Origin: a virus
Taxonomy: Duplodnaviria; Heunggongvirae; Uroviricota; Caudoviricetes
Length of the DNA: 51,928 bases
Strand: one strand, 5' to 3'
Virus record (IMG/VR): IMGVR_UViG_3300031867_000014
Span: 64,001 to 115,928 of that record
A model generated the notes under the pieces. The model was not told where the DNA came from. It saw only the letters and a list, made by a program, of their open reading frames with translations, and made no database searches. Positions 39,403 to 50,662 of this stretch are shown one piece after another. Both the position numbers and the translations under genes were made by a program. Every line of letters begins with the position of its first letter. Within the stretch, counting starts at the first letter, position 1.

Positions 39403-39929
39403 TTAACAGGTAACTAATCTTCGACGCTAAAAATTGATTCATATTCTAATACTAATCCCACTAACTAATCATTCATTACTAAATTATCACAACCCATAAA
39501 TTGTAATTCGCCTATACCAATAAATTTCTAATTATCTACCATTGAATCAATTTCTCCTGCAATTTTATAAGGCCGTAATTCAAAATCTCCTAAAATCCAA
39601 TGATCAGGATGACATAAAATTGCAAATTCAATTGTACATGATCGAAATTTAGGATTACTAGTTTTTTCATAATCCTTAAATGAAGTCAATACATAAATAG
39701 GACAATCCTGCCAGATATTAATTTTAGGAGTAATAGCAAATTGTTTATTAATTAAACTCATTTTCTATTCAAAAGTTAAATCTGGCTTTTTTAAACAATT
39801 AGGTTCATGATAATATAATAATTTTAAAAGACGTTGATTTTCTAAAAATTTTTGAAAAATCAAACGTAAATCTTTTTCTGCATTTAAAAATGTCGAACGT
39901 GGGAGAGTAAAATCTTGTCCAACTTTCAT
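39399..39929 (-). CDS. Putative tail terminator/neck protein, 176 aa with TAG=Gln
   Basis: ATG 39929, TGA 39399. Contains RLLKLLYY and LRPYKIAGEID motifs; lies in the neck region. Confidence 0.6.
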
Positions 39930-39944
39930 CGCCTTTTACTCCTT

Positions 39945-40874
39945 TTAAAATAATGATTCAACCAATACAGTTTTTTCAGCATCGCCACGTTTTATAATAT
40001 ATGAACCACTTAATAAAGCAGTCCAAGTTACTTTTATCATATCACCAATAATTTTATAATCTAAAACATCAGTAATTTCTTTATTCTTTTCGGCGGGTAG
40101 AGTAATACTCCAATCTCCAGCTTGATAACAAGTAAATACCGCGGGCTCCATAGGCTTTACACTTATAGGACCATCAATCATCTATTCAACATTTGTATTT
40201 TCTTCTACTGGTTCGACAAACATTTCATCAGCTTCACATTTATAATCTTCTTCCGCCTAGATATCTAAAACACCAGGAGTACTGATAAAATCAGGTGCCT
40301 AAACTTTCCAATAACGACCATTAAATTCAAATCGTTTATAACGTTCAAATGTCCGACGATTTTGCTCAGTATCACGTAAATATAATTCTAAAGTTAAATT
40401 TGGAACATCAACTACAATACCTGCTTTTTGAATAACATTTAATTTAGTTTCTACTGGACCACGAATAACTGCCCATTGACTAAATAATTCATGTGTTTCA
40501 GGATCTCTTGCAGTTAAATAATGACATCGACGACAATTGGCTCTAAAATAAGCAATTTCAGTGTCTTCTGACTTTAAAATCATCCAATGACTACCAGTAT
40601 CTTTACCCCATTCAAAAGTATCTCCTGGCTAAAATCCTGATTCAAAATCAATAGATAAGATCTTTTCATCATAATCAAATTTTACTTTATCTGGATTCAT
40701 TAACGCACGATGCCATTCTGCATTTTCTTGCCGATCATTTTTCACCCAGCAAGCTTGATATGAATATAATAATGCACGGTGAAAACCACGAAGTTTATCC
40801 ATAATCATACGATTATGTTGGCGATCATTGTTCGCGGCTTTCGCTCTTTTGTGCAATAATTCAAGATTTTCCAT
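39945..40874 (-). CDS. Putative head-closure/neck protein, 309 aa with TAG=Gln
   Basis: Fragments 40629, 40299 and 39945 share a frame across TAGs. Function inferred from synteny after the adaptor gene. Confidence 0.6.
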
Positions 40875-41169
40875 TTAATGTATTCGCCAAATCTGTAAGT
40901 AACGTAATCGCGCTAAATACAGTGGTCCGATAAGTATCAAAGTTTATGACTTCTTGCAATCCTTCTAATTTACTTATTAAAATAAGAAAATCAAGTTGAT
41001 CGCCAAACATTGCATGTAAGCCATATAATTCGATAAGTACAATATCTAACTATTTTTGCCAATCCTCATTATTTTCACGCATTGGCAATAGCTTCCATAT
41101 CTAATTGATTAAGCGCCGTAAATCAGATATAATGATTGAATCTTTAAATTCTGCATTATGGGCTCTCAT
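40861..41169 (-). CDS. Hypothetical phage protein, 102 aa (absent from the ORF track)
   Basis: MRAHNAEF...LIN[Q]IWKLLPMRENNEDWQK[Q]LDIVLIEL...SKLEGL...NGKS*, ending TGA 40861. Confidence 0.7.
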
Positions 41170-41794
41170 TATCTACTGGCTCCCAATAATAACTACTATC
41201 TTCAGCTGCTCCTTCAACTGGTTGCCAAGTACCCCCGTCGCCTACTTCCTTAACAGGAGTAACAACAACAATACTTGGAATTTCAACCTATTCCATGGCC
41301 GCTTCGACTAATTTATCTTTACGGTCATCTGTAAGAGCACTTTGATTTAACACACTCCAATTGGACATAATACGTCCGTCGTGCCCCTAAAAACGGCGCT
41401 TATAGAGGCGTTGAGCATGTATATTCTCTCGATGATTCTCAGCTTTTAAAGTTAATAACTTCGCAAGATGATTAGCTTGCGAAGTAAATTTAAAATCTGA
41501 ACCGGAATATTTCATCCGAGTATTTTCTACAGAATTAATTTGACGATCCAACCACGCCTATTTCATGCATAAAGCAAAAATATTAATCTCTTCAGGAGTT
41601 AAATCTACATTATATATACCTTTTTCTTCATCATAGTCATACAATGCAAAACGTGGAAATTCAAAATAAGGAATGGCATCAAGTAAGAACTATTTAGCAT
41701 CTCGAATAGTATCTTCCTCAGTAAGTTCTAAATACATATCATCAGTAATCTTACCTAAGAAGCGATTAATAATAGTTCCAAATGATGTTGCCAT
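41156..41794 (-). CDS. Putative head-tail adaptor/connector, 212 aa (absent from the ORF track)
   Basis: ATG 41794 after AAGGAG. MATSFGTIINRFLGKITDD...DLTPEEINIFA...DFKFTSQANHL, with four TAGs; TAA 41156. Confidence 0.7.
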
Positions 41795-41807
41795 TGTACT
41801 GCACTCC

Positions 41808-42413
41808 TTAGTCTTCTTTTTTACTTACGACATTATATTTAGGAGTTGTTCTGCGGCCAGTAGTTTCTTCAGCTGCTGTTGGCTGTACACGACGTGTAGG
41901 AGCAGCCTTGACTTCCATTCCACTGTCTGTCTGTCCAGCAGCTTCTGCTGCTTCTGCCGCAAGTTCTTCCTTATGCTTGAGCGCAAGATCTACCTTAAAT
42001 CCGGTCTTTTCTTGGATTGCCTTAATCTTACGAGTATCGGTAATAGGCAAATCTACAGCATATTTCTTAACTAATTCAATAACGCCACCTGGTGCAAAAT
42101 CAAGACAATCGAGTAATGCATCTACGGAACCATTCTTTAGAAGATCAATAACTCCCTTGTCATCTAAATAATATTCCGGTTCTACTTTCATTGGCATCTC
42201 TTTCACCGTTGGCGCATCCTGAATGAACAAACTATTACGAATAATATAGGCACCGCCAGCTTTCTGGCTTAAAGCCATAAGCTCTTCAACAGGAATCAAT
42301 TTAGTTTCACCTGGAGCAAACTCGCGGCGCACATGCATATCGTCCACATGATAGATAACAACACGATTGCTTCTATTGCGAACCTGTACCTTCTTATTTG
42401 TATCCATATTCAA
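41808..42413 (-). CDS. Hypothetical protein following the major capsid gene, ~200 aa
   Basis: Intact TAG-free ORF with AAAGGAG RBS (start TTG 42413 or ATG 42407). Confidence 0.75.
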   Translation of the reverse strand: MNMDTNKKVQVRNRSNRVVIYHVDDMHVRREFAPGETKLIPVEELMALSQKAGGAYIIRNSLFIQDAPTVKEMPMKVEPEYYLDDKGVIDLLKNGSVDALLDCLDFAPGGVIELVKKYAVDLPITDTRKIKAIQEKTGFKVDLALKHKEELAAEAAEAAGQTDSGMEVKAAPTRRVQPTAAEETTGRRTTPKYNVVSKKED

Positions 42414-42437
42414 TTAAACTCCTTTTTCTCTTACATT

Positions 42438-42463
42438 TAAGGGGGAGGGGATTACCCCTCCCC
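42438..42463 (-). terminator. Hairpin after the major capsid gene
   Basis: GGGGAGGGG-TAAT-CCCCTCCCC with a short T tail, so possibly leaky or a stability hairpin. Confidence 0.65.
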
Positions 42464-42474
42464 GATTATATCAA

Positions 42475-43539
42475 TTATGGGTTTGGAGTGACTGGAGTCT
42501 TATCACCCTGATATACGTCATACTGACCAGCAAGTTCTGTATCAACATAAACGCAAATGTCAGGAGTCATCACAACGCCAACGCCAACCTTCTTATAAAC
42601 CTGAATTTCACGGCTACGGTCCTTGTTAACATACTCGTCAACAATAGTAGAACCTTCCATAACAACCTTAACAGGCTTTACAGCACCTGGGAGGATATAG
42701 CAATAACCTGGGTCAATAACCTTGGTTGTATGAGTTGCATCAGTAAATCCCTGTGGAAGGATATTGAGCACATGGCCCTTGTAGTTAGCAAAACGGCCAT
42801 TGTTCCAAATGGTATCCTTCATATTGTCAGACCAAGCATCCCACTTCTCTGGGAGGATCTTCGCGGCAAACTCTTCAGTGCAATAAATGGTAGGAGTACC
42901 ATAAGCAGCAGAAATAGCGAGCAAACGATCGAAAGCTTGAGAATCGAAACCATCAACTTCAACAGTGTTCAAAGCTGGAAGCTGAGTAAGACCTTCCTTA
43001 AGAGCAGCACCGATTTCCCAATAAATGAGCTCATCAATACCGTCCATAACGATCTTGGTTACTTCTGCGAAGTCAGCACGACCATCAAGGAACTCTTCAA
43101 GACCAATCTGAGCGGCACCGCCGATAGCACTAGTCTGAACTTCGATTGGGGTATCCTTACCAAGCTTAAATACTTCGTAAATACCAGCCAAACCAACCTT
43201 GGTGATGAACTGCTTTGCACGCTGACGATCATGTTTACGCCAGAAGATAGTTGAATTACCCTGAGCAATAGTCTTCACTTCAGCAAACTTGCCATATTCT
43301 TCTTCAACCTTCTTAGGAAGAATATCGTCCATTGTCTCTTCAATCAAAGAGAAGATGGTGTTCTTATTTTCGCGATAAAGTGCGAAAGTACCCGCGAGTT
43401 CATTCATTTCCTTACGAAGAGTCTCATTAAGAGCATCGTAGGTAAGATTCTCGCCATTAAATGAGTAAGCAACAGGAGCAGAGCGATCAGCCTTTGCAGT
43501 TGCCTTCATCAATTTAAGAAGTTCATTTCTTTCCAACAT
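42475..43539 (-). CDS. Major capsid protein, 354 aa
   Basis: Size, position after the protease/scaffold and decoration genes, strong codon bias, G.Y.G motif (NGRFANYKGH), following hairpin. No TAG. Confidence 0.8.
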   Translation of the reverse strand: MLERNELLKLMKATAKADRSAPVAYSFNGENLTYDALNETLRKEMNELAGTFALYRENKNTIFSLIEETMDDILPKKVEEEYGKFAEVKTIAQGNSTIFWRKHDRQRAKQFITKVGLAGIYEVFKLGKDTPIEVQTSAIGGAAQIGLEEFLDGRADFAEVTKIVMDGIDELIYWEIGAALKEGLTQLPALNTVEVDGFDSQAFDRLLAISAAYGTPTIYCTEEFAAKILPEKWDAWSDNMKDTIWNNGRFANYKGHVLNILPQGFTDATHTTKVIDPGYCYILPGAVKPVKVVMEGSTIVDEYVNKDRSREIQVYKKVGVGVVMTPDICVYVDTELAGQYDVYQGDKTPVTPNP

Positions 43540-43560
43540 GACTTTTCTCTCCTTTCCTTA

Positions 43561-44361
43561 TTACTTAATTCTCATGACCTTAACGGCCTTCTGCATATCA
43601 CCAAGATTATAAATCTTGACAACCTGCCACTGGAGACTACCGTCGCCAGATGCAGATAAATAACCATGAGCATTTGGTGAAAGAACTGCACCAAGTGCAA
43701 CTGTTTCATCAGCAATAGTATTGGTAGTGAAAATATCACCCTCATGAGTCTTGAATACACGAGGAACCATCAAACCGGCCTTGCCCTGACCACCAATGCG
43801 ATCTGGCTGTGCATATTCTGCCATCTGAGGAATGTTCAACTTTTCAACTTCATAGCTATTGCCAATTGGATAATGATTACGACCATAGTCTGGAGCTTCG
43901 CCAGCTGCATTGTTATGAGCATCTGGATAAATTTCAACCTGACCCTGGATCTTCTTCATCATATCCCAATCTTCAGAAGATTCAAAACCATTAATACGAA
44001 CACCGTTGATGCCCTGAGCAGAACCCCAAGCAGCGGCAGAAGCGCCAACACCAACTGGGCTATAAACACGACCATTATAATCACGACGAATCATCGCGAA
44101 ATCCTGATCGGTCTCATGATCTCTATAAACCTTAACTTCATTAAATACGAGCATCCACTCGCCAGCGCCAGTGAAGTTGCAAGCGCCATTCAAATAGTCA
44201 TACTTGACGAACTGACCATTCTCAAGGATGTCAATATCTGCTGCAACAGGGAGCTGAGCATAAATTTCGCCAGTTCTCTGTGCACTGAGATGGTTAGGCT
44301 CGACCTGACCGAAGCCAAGAGTTACAAACTTAGCTTCTGGAGACAATCTTGTAAAAGCCAT
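43561..44361 (-). CDS. Putative capsid decoration/stabilising protein, 266 aa
   Basis: Lies between scaffold and MCP. Motifs GQVEPNHLSAQRTGEIYAQLP, LENG and GDIFTTN. No TAG. Confidence 0.65.
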   Translation of the reverse strand: MAFTRLSPEAKFVTLGFGQVEPNHLSAQRTGEIYAQLPVAADIDILENGQFVKYDYLNGACNFTGAGEWMLVFNEVKVYRDHETDQDFAMIRRDYNGRVYSPVGVGASAAAWGSAQGINGVRINGFESSEDWDMMKKIQGQVEIYPDAHNNAAGEAPDYGRNHYPIGNSYEVEKLNIPQMAEYAQPDRIGGQGKAGLMVPRVFKTHEGDIFTTNTIADETVALGAVLSPNAHGYLSASGDGSLQWQVVKIYNLGDMQKAVKVMRIK

Positions 44362-44385
44362 ACGTAGCTTCCTCCTTTATTAAAA

Positions 44386-45729
44386 TTAGTTCATTTCTTT
44401 GGCGGTCTCACGCACAGCCTTAATCCAGGCAGGCGCGCTGTCACCATCATTGCCATCCAACTCATAAACAAGTGGATTCTCTGGAGTCTTTTCTGACTCC
44501 TTCTTATCGTTATCAAGGTTAAAACTTACCTTGTTACGAACACAAATCACAGAAAGCTTAGCTTCGATATCATCGAGAGAATAAGTGTCGATGTTATCTA
44601 CACAGTCCTTCTTTTCAGCATCTGAAAGCATATAGAAACTATTAATCATTTCCTGCTTAGCTTTACGGTCGGTCTCAACCTTAAACGCACGGAGAGGCTC
44701 AACCTCAGCCTTCAATGCTTCGAAATCCTTTTGAAGCTGGGCAAACTGTACTGCCAAAGTCTTGTAAAGATCAGAATCTGCGACTTCTTCATCAGTTAAA
44801 GAATGCTTCGCAGCACCCTTCTTCTTCTTTTCGTCCTCATCTTCTTCACCCTTCTCTTCTTTATCAGAATCGGCAGGTGTACTTTCATCATCTTTGCCCT
44901 CTTCATCCTTCTTTGGTGGGAAAGGATTTTCCTTCTTTTCCTCTTCCTTCTTTTCCTCTTCCTCATCCTTCTTCTTGAATTCGGTTTCAGGATCAGTTGG
45001 GTTATTTTCCAAAGTAGGATCGATTACCTTATTTTCATCCATTGAAGTAAATCCTCCTTTGCTCAAAGCGTTCTTTATATCTTCCATTAAAGAAAATAAT
45101 TGGTTCTTGAAGTCTCCGTCAAAGGAGAATTGTGCTGCAATACCCGCGCCCTCAAAACAAGGCTCGACGTCTTCTCCAAGAATACAAAGCTTTTGTATCA
45201 TTGCTTCGTTAATTATGAAAAATTTAGGAGCACCATTATCATCGAATGTCCAATGGCCATCTAATTTTTCTTCATCAAGTTCCATGGATTGATTATTGCC
45301 ATGTTCTAAAATGCGCTTTGCTTCTTCATAGACGCTAGTCCACAAAAAACCTTCAGTCATTAAATACTCATGTTCTATGCCTTCATCATTAAATTTCTAG
45401 AACCAAATCTTCGCGCTTGAGTCAACAAAGCCATAAGCTTTAGTTTTATCAATAATTTTAAATTTACCATTGCCAACTTCAATACTGCGATTATGACCAG
45501 AAAAGTCTTGTGTCTCAGGATCAAAGTAGCCAACGATAGGACAACCATGTAAAGTTTTTGCCATTTTAGTGGCAGTTTCTTTTGTAATTACACTACCATT
45601 ACGATTTGGCTGCTCACCAACATAACAAACTTTTACTTCACAATGCTATAAAAGAGGATTATCCGCAATGGGAGTTACGTTAAGTAACTCGACTGTATTT
45701 TCAATAGGAATACTAATATGCTTAGGCAC
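44386..45729 (-). CDS. Prohead protease-scaffold protein, 447 aa with TAG=Gln
   Basis: GTG 45729 after AAAGGAG. N-terminal NRNGS, QSMEL and LCILGEDVEPCFEGA motifs; highly charged C-terminal scaffold region. TAGs at 45646 and 45397. Confidence 0.75.
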
Positions 45730-45734
45730 TTAAC

Positions 45735-47378
45735 TCACTCCTTTCCAGCAGATTCTCTATTAGCTATAGTTTTATCAGATTTCTATTCATTACTTTTTTC
45801 TGGTCTGCCCATTTGTTTTTCTTCTCCTATTGCCTTGCCCTATTGACCGGCAGCTTTATTTGCTGCTGCTTGAGCATTACCTTGTTGTCCAGGTAAAATA
45901 TCTTTACCATTTAAAGTAGAACTCATAAGAGGCGGGATCATAATTTCTTGAAGTTTTAGTACTTCATTCTCAAAATGAGCAGTTGCAATAATAGAACTCT
46001 ATGAATGTCCAAGTGCAATTTGAGGTAACATCTTGGAAAAACCAAGTTGTGTATGCTCTTTATACATCTTAGACAATTCTTTATAATTATTAATTGTGGT
46101 TTCTAACATGTTAAAATGTAAACACCACTTTTTATTCGCCGCAAACTTTCTACGTAATACACGACTAAAAAGTTCATTAAATTCAAATACTAAATCACGC
46201 ACACTTGCTTCGTCTACTGCAGAAGCTTTTTCCAGAGCCAAATTGCTATTAGAATTAAATAAATTCTAAGAAACACCTGCTTCATTATAAACAGTACGTT
46301 CTACTTTTTCTAACTCGTCTCGCGTAGTAGTAGTATTCTTATCAGCAAGATCGGCAACATCTACATCAGCAAATGTTGTCATAACATCAACGCCAACTGC
46401 ACGCTTTAACATCTAAACAGTATTATTATGAATATCTTTAGCTTCATCAACGTCGAAAATTAAATCGCCATTTTTATCTAAAGGTAATTTCTAAATAATA
46501 ACTTTTAAAAGTTGTTGCAACATTTTTCGTTGATCTAAATCCTGAGCTTCATCCAAATCGAGGATTTTCGTAGTAATATTTACTAATAAAGGATAATCTC
46601 GCCCATTTAGATTAACCTTAAAGGCACACTCTGGATCTAGTAGCCACCAAGGCCCATTCTTATTTTCTGGATCAGTCCACTAATCAGAAGGAGTCTTATT
46701 TAAACGGCCCTATTTATACGCAACGTATGCTTTTGCAAATTCCTCTGGATACATTTTAAGGACTCGAAGTCTCATTTCAATGTCCGGGAACATGTCATCA
46801 AAAAATTTAGGATTAAATTCTACCGCTGGCGTATTACCCACCTTAAAACGACTACGGCAATATTGAATTGGTAATTCCTAAAATGTAAAGCCGTTTTTAG
46901 TGTCAATAATATAACCATAGTAGCATCCATTAACGATAACTTTTAAAGCAATATCATTACATAATTTTTTAATGCCACTTTCATCCATGTAATCTAAAGC
47001 ATCAGCAAATGCACTCAATACTTCTTCATCTTTCGTTTTATCCTTTAAAATATATGGAGTGATATACCAATCATATCTATATAAACCAGCAAAATATTTA
47101 CATAGCCGTTCATATAGGCCACTTACTTCAAAGAAATAATTAGAAATATTCCGTAACATGTTTACATCTTTACGGGCCATTGCTCGTAAAATAGAAACTT
47201 TACTATAAGTACGTTGATCTGCTTTCTTTAAAGATCCTAAATCCACAACGGCATCTTCAAGAGTCTAAAAGCCGACCTTAATTTTGCCGTAATCTACTTG
47301 TGAACCATAGATGTCTCTTAGTTCTGGACGTTGAACGATTGAAAAGCCCTTGGCATGTATTGCATTTTGATCGGCCAA
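45735..47378 (-). CDS. Portal protein, 547 aa with TAG=Gln
   Basis: TTG 47378 after AAGGAGG; fragments 46878 and 45999 in frame; TGA 45735. Size, position after TerL and C-terminal GRP motif fit a portal. Confidence 0.75.
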
Positions 47379-47390
47379 TCCAATCCCTCC

Positions 47391-47747
47391 TTAATATCCA
47401 GCTTTTTCCATAATATAATCATAACTAATTAAATTCTCTTCAGTATATGGAATTTCAATTAGATTATAATTATTTAGCGCACAAAATCTACGCTTATTTT
47501 TATCGTTAAACTATTGACGATAAAAACCCTACTTTCCACCATATTTAGAAGAAGGCTCATAATGCTATTTTCCCTAATATTCAATTAAGAAATCTACATT
47601 GCCATCATCATCAAAAACACAGAAATCAAATTTTAATGGGCGACCATTAGGACTATTTAATCCTTCAAATTCTTGTTCCATGGTGAAATTTAATCCAGCT
47701 TCGCGCAAGATTTCTTCGATTTTAATTTCTCCTCTTGATGCACGCAT
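47391..47747 (-). CDS. Small PD-(D/E)XK (Vsr/DUF559-like) endonuclease, 118 aa with TAG=Gln
   Basis: SRGE..I...L...F..E..F...LKFDF...LIEY[Q]GK[Q]HY...D..K..FC...LIEIPY. Confidence 0.8.
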
Positions 47748-47757
47748 ATTTGACACC

Positions 47758-49488
47758 TCAATTCATGAATAACATATCACTAAATCTCTTTTTGCGCTTT
47801 TTACGTTTTTTATCTTCTTCAAGTTTAATATAGTATAAACCGTACTCAAAGGCGGAGAATTTATCTTTTTTAATGCCTTTATTCGCTTGTTTCAAAATGA
47901 TATTTACGCCTTCATTCTCTTCACGTAAATTCATCATCTCTTCTTTTAATATGGAAGTTAAAGTGAATGGTTTAAGATATTCTGCCCGTTCCTCAGGCTT
48001 CATATCTTGTCCGCGCTTTGTTCCCATTAACTTAACTTTCGCAACACGCTCATCAATCAACATCTTAACATGTCCAGAAGCCATCTAACTTTGCGCATTA
48101 GCATGAGCTTCAGTGTTAATGGGCGCATTAGCTTTAATAATCCAAAGCGCATTTTCTTCACAGATCTAAGTGCGATACTTTTTATACTCGCCATCATCAT
48201 CATTATCTACACCAAAATCTGGAATTACATCTCCAGTATCAGGATCAGTCTGACCTTTTACCATATAATCTACTAACCCAATACCTAAACCATTACCATC
48301 AATCACAAGCTTTTTAGCCTTATACTTATAGTATAATTTTTTTAATTTAATTGCCTAATCTTCAAAATGAGTATCAGACATTGTATAAATATTTACTAAA
48401 CTAATTAATGCTAAACCACTAGTTTGAGGAGTTACTTTAAATACACAAACTACTGTATCACAGCCTTTACGACCAACGTCGCAAGCCAATACATAATAAG
48501 CATTTTTAGTGCTACGACCGGAAAATTCATATTCAGGTTGTTTTAAAATACGATTATGATCAAATTGTTCGGCGTTAAAAAACGCATCTTCAATAGTGCC
48601 CGACCAAACACTTTCATATTCACGATCAAAAGATGATTCATTAAACGTTCCGTCCATCTTAAGATCTCGAATAAATGTTTTATCTAATAAACCCATTAAC
48701 ACAGGAATTCGCCAAGTACCGCCCATAATCATAGCACGGTCTGGTTTAATAATTTCCCATACTAATAATTGAATTAACTTATCATAAGCAAATGTATTTT
48801 TCCAACCAGCAGTTGTTACATAAATTTGACTTTTATTTAAAACTTCAGCATCGTCTTTATCGCCCCAAGCGCCTCGACGAGATACGTTCATTGTAGGAAT
48901 AATAACTTCATTAAGAATCGTTCCATCAATACCGACGCACTCTTCCATGAGTCCACCATGACGGCGTTGTCCTCTCGAAGTTTCACGAGCTGCTATATTG
49001 TCCAGCACTGACCCGTTCTTAAATACATATCTAACATAATCTTTACCTTCCATCGTTTTACCTCTCCGCCAATCTATCTCTTGATAGAGTGCGGGAATAA
49101 GGTGACATAATTCTTGCACTTTAGCTTTTAAAATACTTGAAGCCTGTTCCTTACCACCAGAAGTTACAAATAACTTTGCCCCAGGATACAGAATGCAACG
49201 CAAAATTAATATCAACGCCGCAAGGAAAGATTTTGAGTAAGCACGTGGGAATACTGCATACGTATATTTATAACGCATGGCCGCACGCAAGAAAACTCTC
49301 TAATAATAAAATAAATGAAAATTTTCTGGATTATTTTTCTCGGTTAAAAAATCAACAAATAAATCTGGATACTCTCGCCAAAATGCAATATATTTTCGCG
49401 CAATCGGAATACAAGCAGTAACACGTTCTTCAGATAAACCAATTTTATCTACATTGCTCTTGAGATTGAGTAAATCTTGTAAGGCCAT
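47758..49488 (-). CDS. terL: Terminase large subunit, 576 aa with TAG=Gln
   Basis: Three in-frame fragments. Adenine-binding YY[Q]R, Walker A-like PRAYSKS, Walker B GLMEE, motif III VTTA, RNase H-like LACDVGR and KDKFSA. Confidence 0.88.
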
Positions 49489-50660
49489 TACTCATCATCC
49501 TCTCCAAGCAATTCCCGCATTGTCTGTTCATCATCTTTTTGCTCTTGTTCAATAAATTCATAATGAGCTAAGAAATCGCCATCACTAAGAACTTCTTGTT
49601 CTACATTTTCCAAACTGAGATCATCCATATCTGTAGTGTCAGCGTCTTCTTCTTTTTCTTCTTCACGCTGCATAGTGCGAGCCGCATTCTCAATTAAGTT
49701 ACCAAGATTCAATTCTTCAGTAACTAAACGATGTGTGTAGCCACGCAAATCAGCTAAGGTTTCATCGGGTTTATCTTGAGGTTTATCAACATAATATCGC
49801 GGGATAAATCCTTCACGTTCGCATAGAAGAATAAATTCATCAATCGCGGAAACATACTCTCCGCTTTCTGCTTTATTCTAAGCTGCGGTAAATTTTGCGG
49901 ATTTCATAAGCGTGTCATATACTTTCGACATCTTTTGAAAACCTTCAATATCACCAAGGTCTACTAATTGATGACATTTTAAAGAAGTTTTACAAATTAA
50001 CTTCAAATAGTCCTCATGCGCTGGTGTAACAATATCGAAAGCCGCCATCATTTCCTAATACAGCTTTTCGAGTTGTACCCACTCATAAGGACGATAGGCT
50101 TTACCCCACTTAATAGTAAGGTATTTCTTATCTTCTTCTGTTAAATCATCACTAAAGTATTCAGGCTCATTTAAATCGATTGGAGCCCCAACATTACTTT
50201 GAGCCTAAAATTCGGCAGGCTTTTCAGGCATTGTGCCTGTAGTAATCGCTGCATCAATTTCTTCACCGCTATAACCCTATCGCGCCATAACTTCTGCTTT
50301 CTTAGCATCAGCCTCTTCGCGCAAACGCTCGGTGTCAGCCCAAGTATAATTGCTGAATTGCTTCATACGCATCTTAGACAAATAGCGTCCAAGAATAGTC
50401 ATACCAGTAACCTTTTTAGGATCCTTAGCATAACGTTCCAGAAGAGTTGTCCACTCTTCTTCTATATACGGCACATCAATTTCTTCTAAGATCCATGTAT
50501 ATGATTTTGGATCCCAGTTATCGACATGACGTGTTAAACATTTTTTACATTCCGGCAAGAATCCATCAGGATACTTGTCTGTCCGCTTGGTTTGATAGAA
50601 CTAATTTTCATCCATAGTTCTATTGCAAGTTTTACAATATAATGTCTTGCCTTCAGCCAT
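49488..50660 (-). CDS. Zn-finger protein, putative terminase small subunit, 390 aa with TAG=Gln
   Basis: ATG 50660. N-terminal CKTC...CKKC; directly upstream of and overlapping the terL start (TAATG); acidic C-terminus. Confidence 0.6.
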
Positions 50661-50662
50661 AC

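Noticed and set aside
695..50489. Plus-strand ORFs in the track (e.g. 4089-4475, 37487-38011, 42730-43254, 43744-44367, 44894-45292)
   Set aside because: Antisense shadows of long minus-strand genes, with no convincing RBS and unprotein-like composition.
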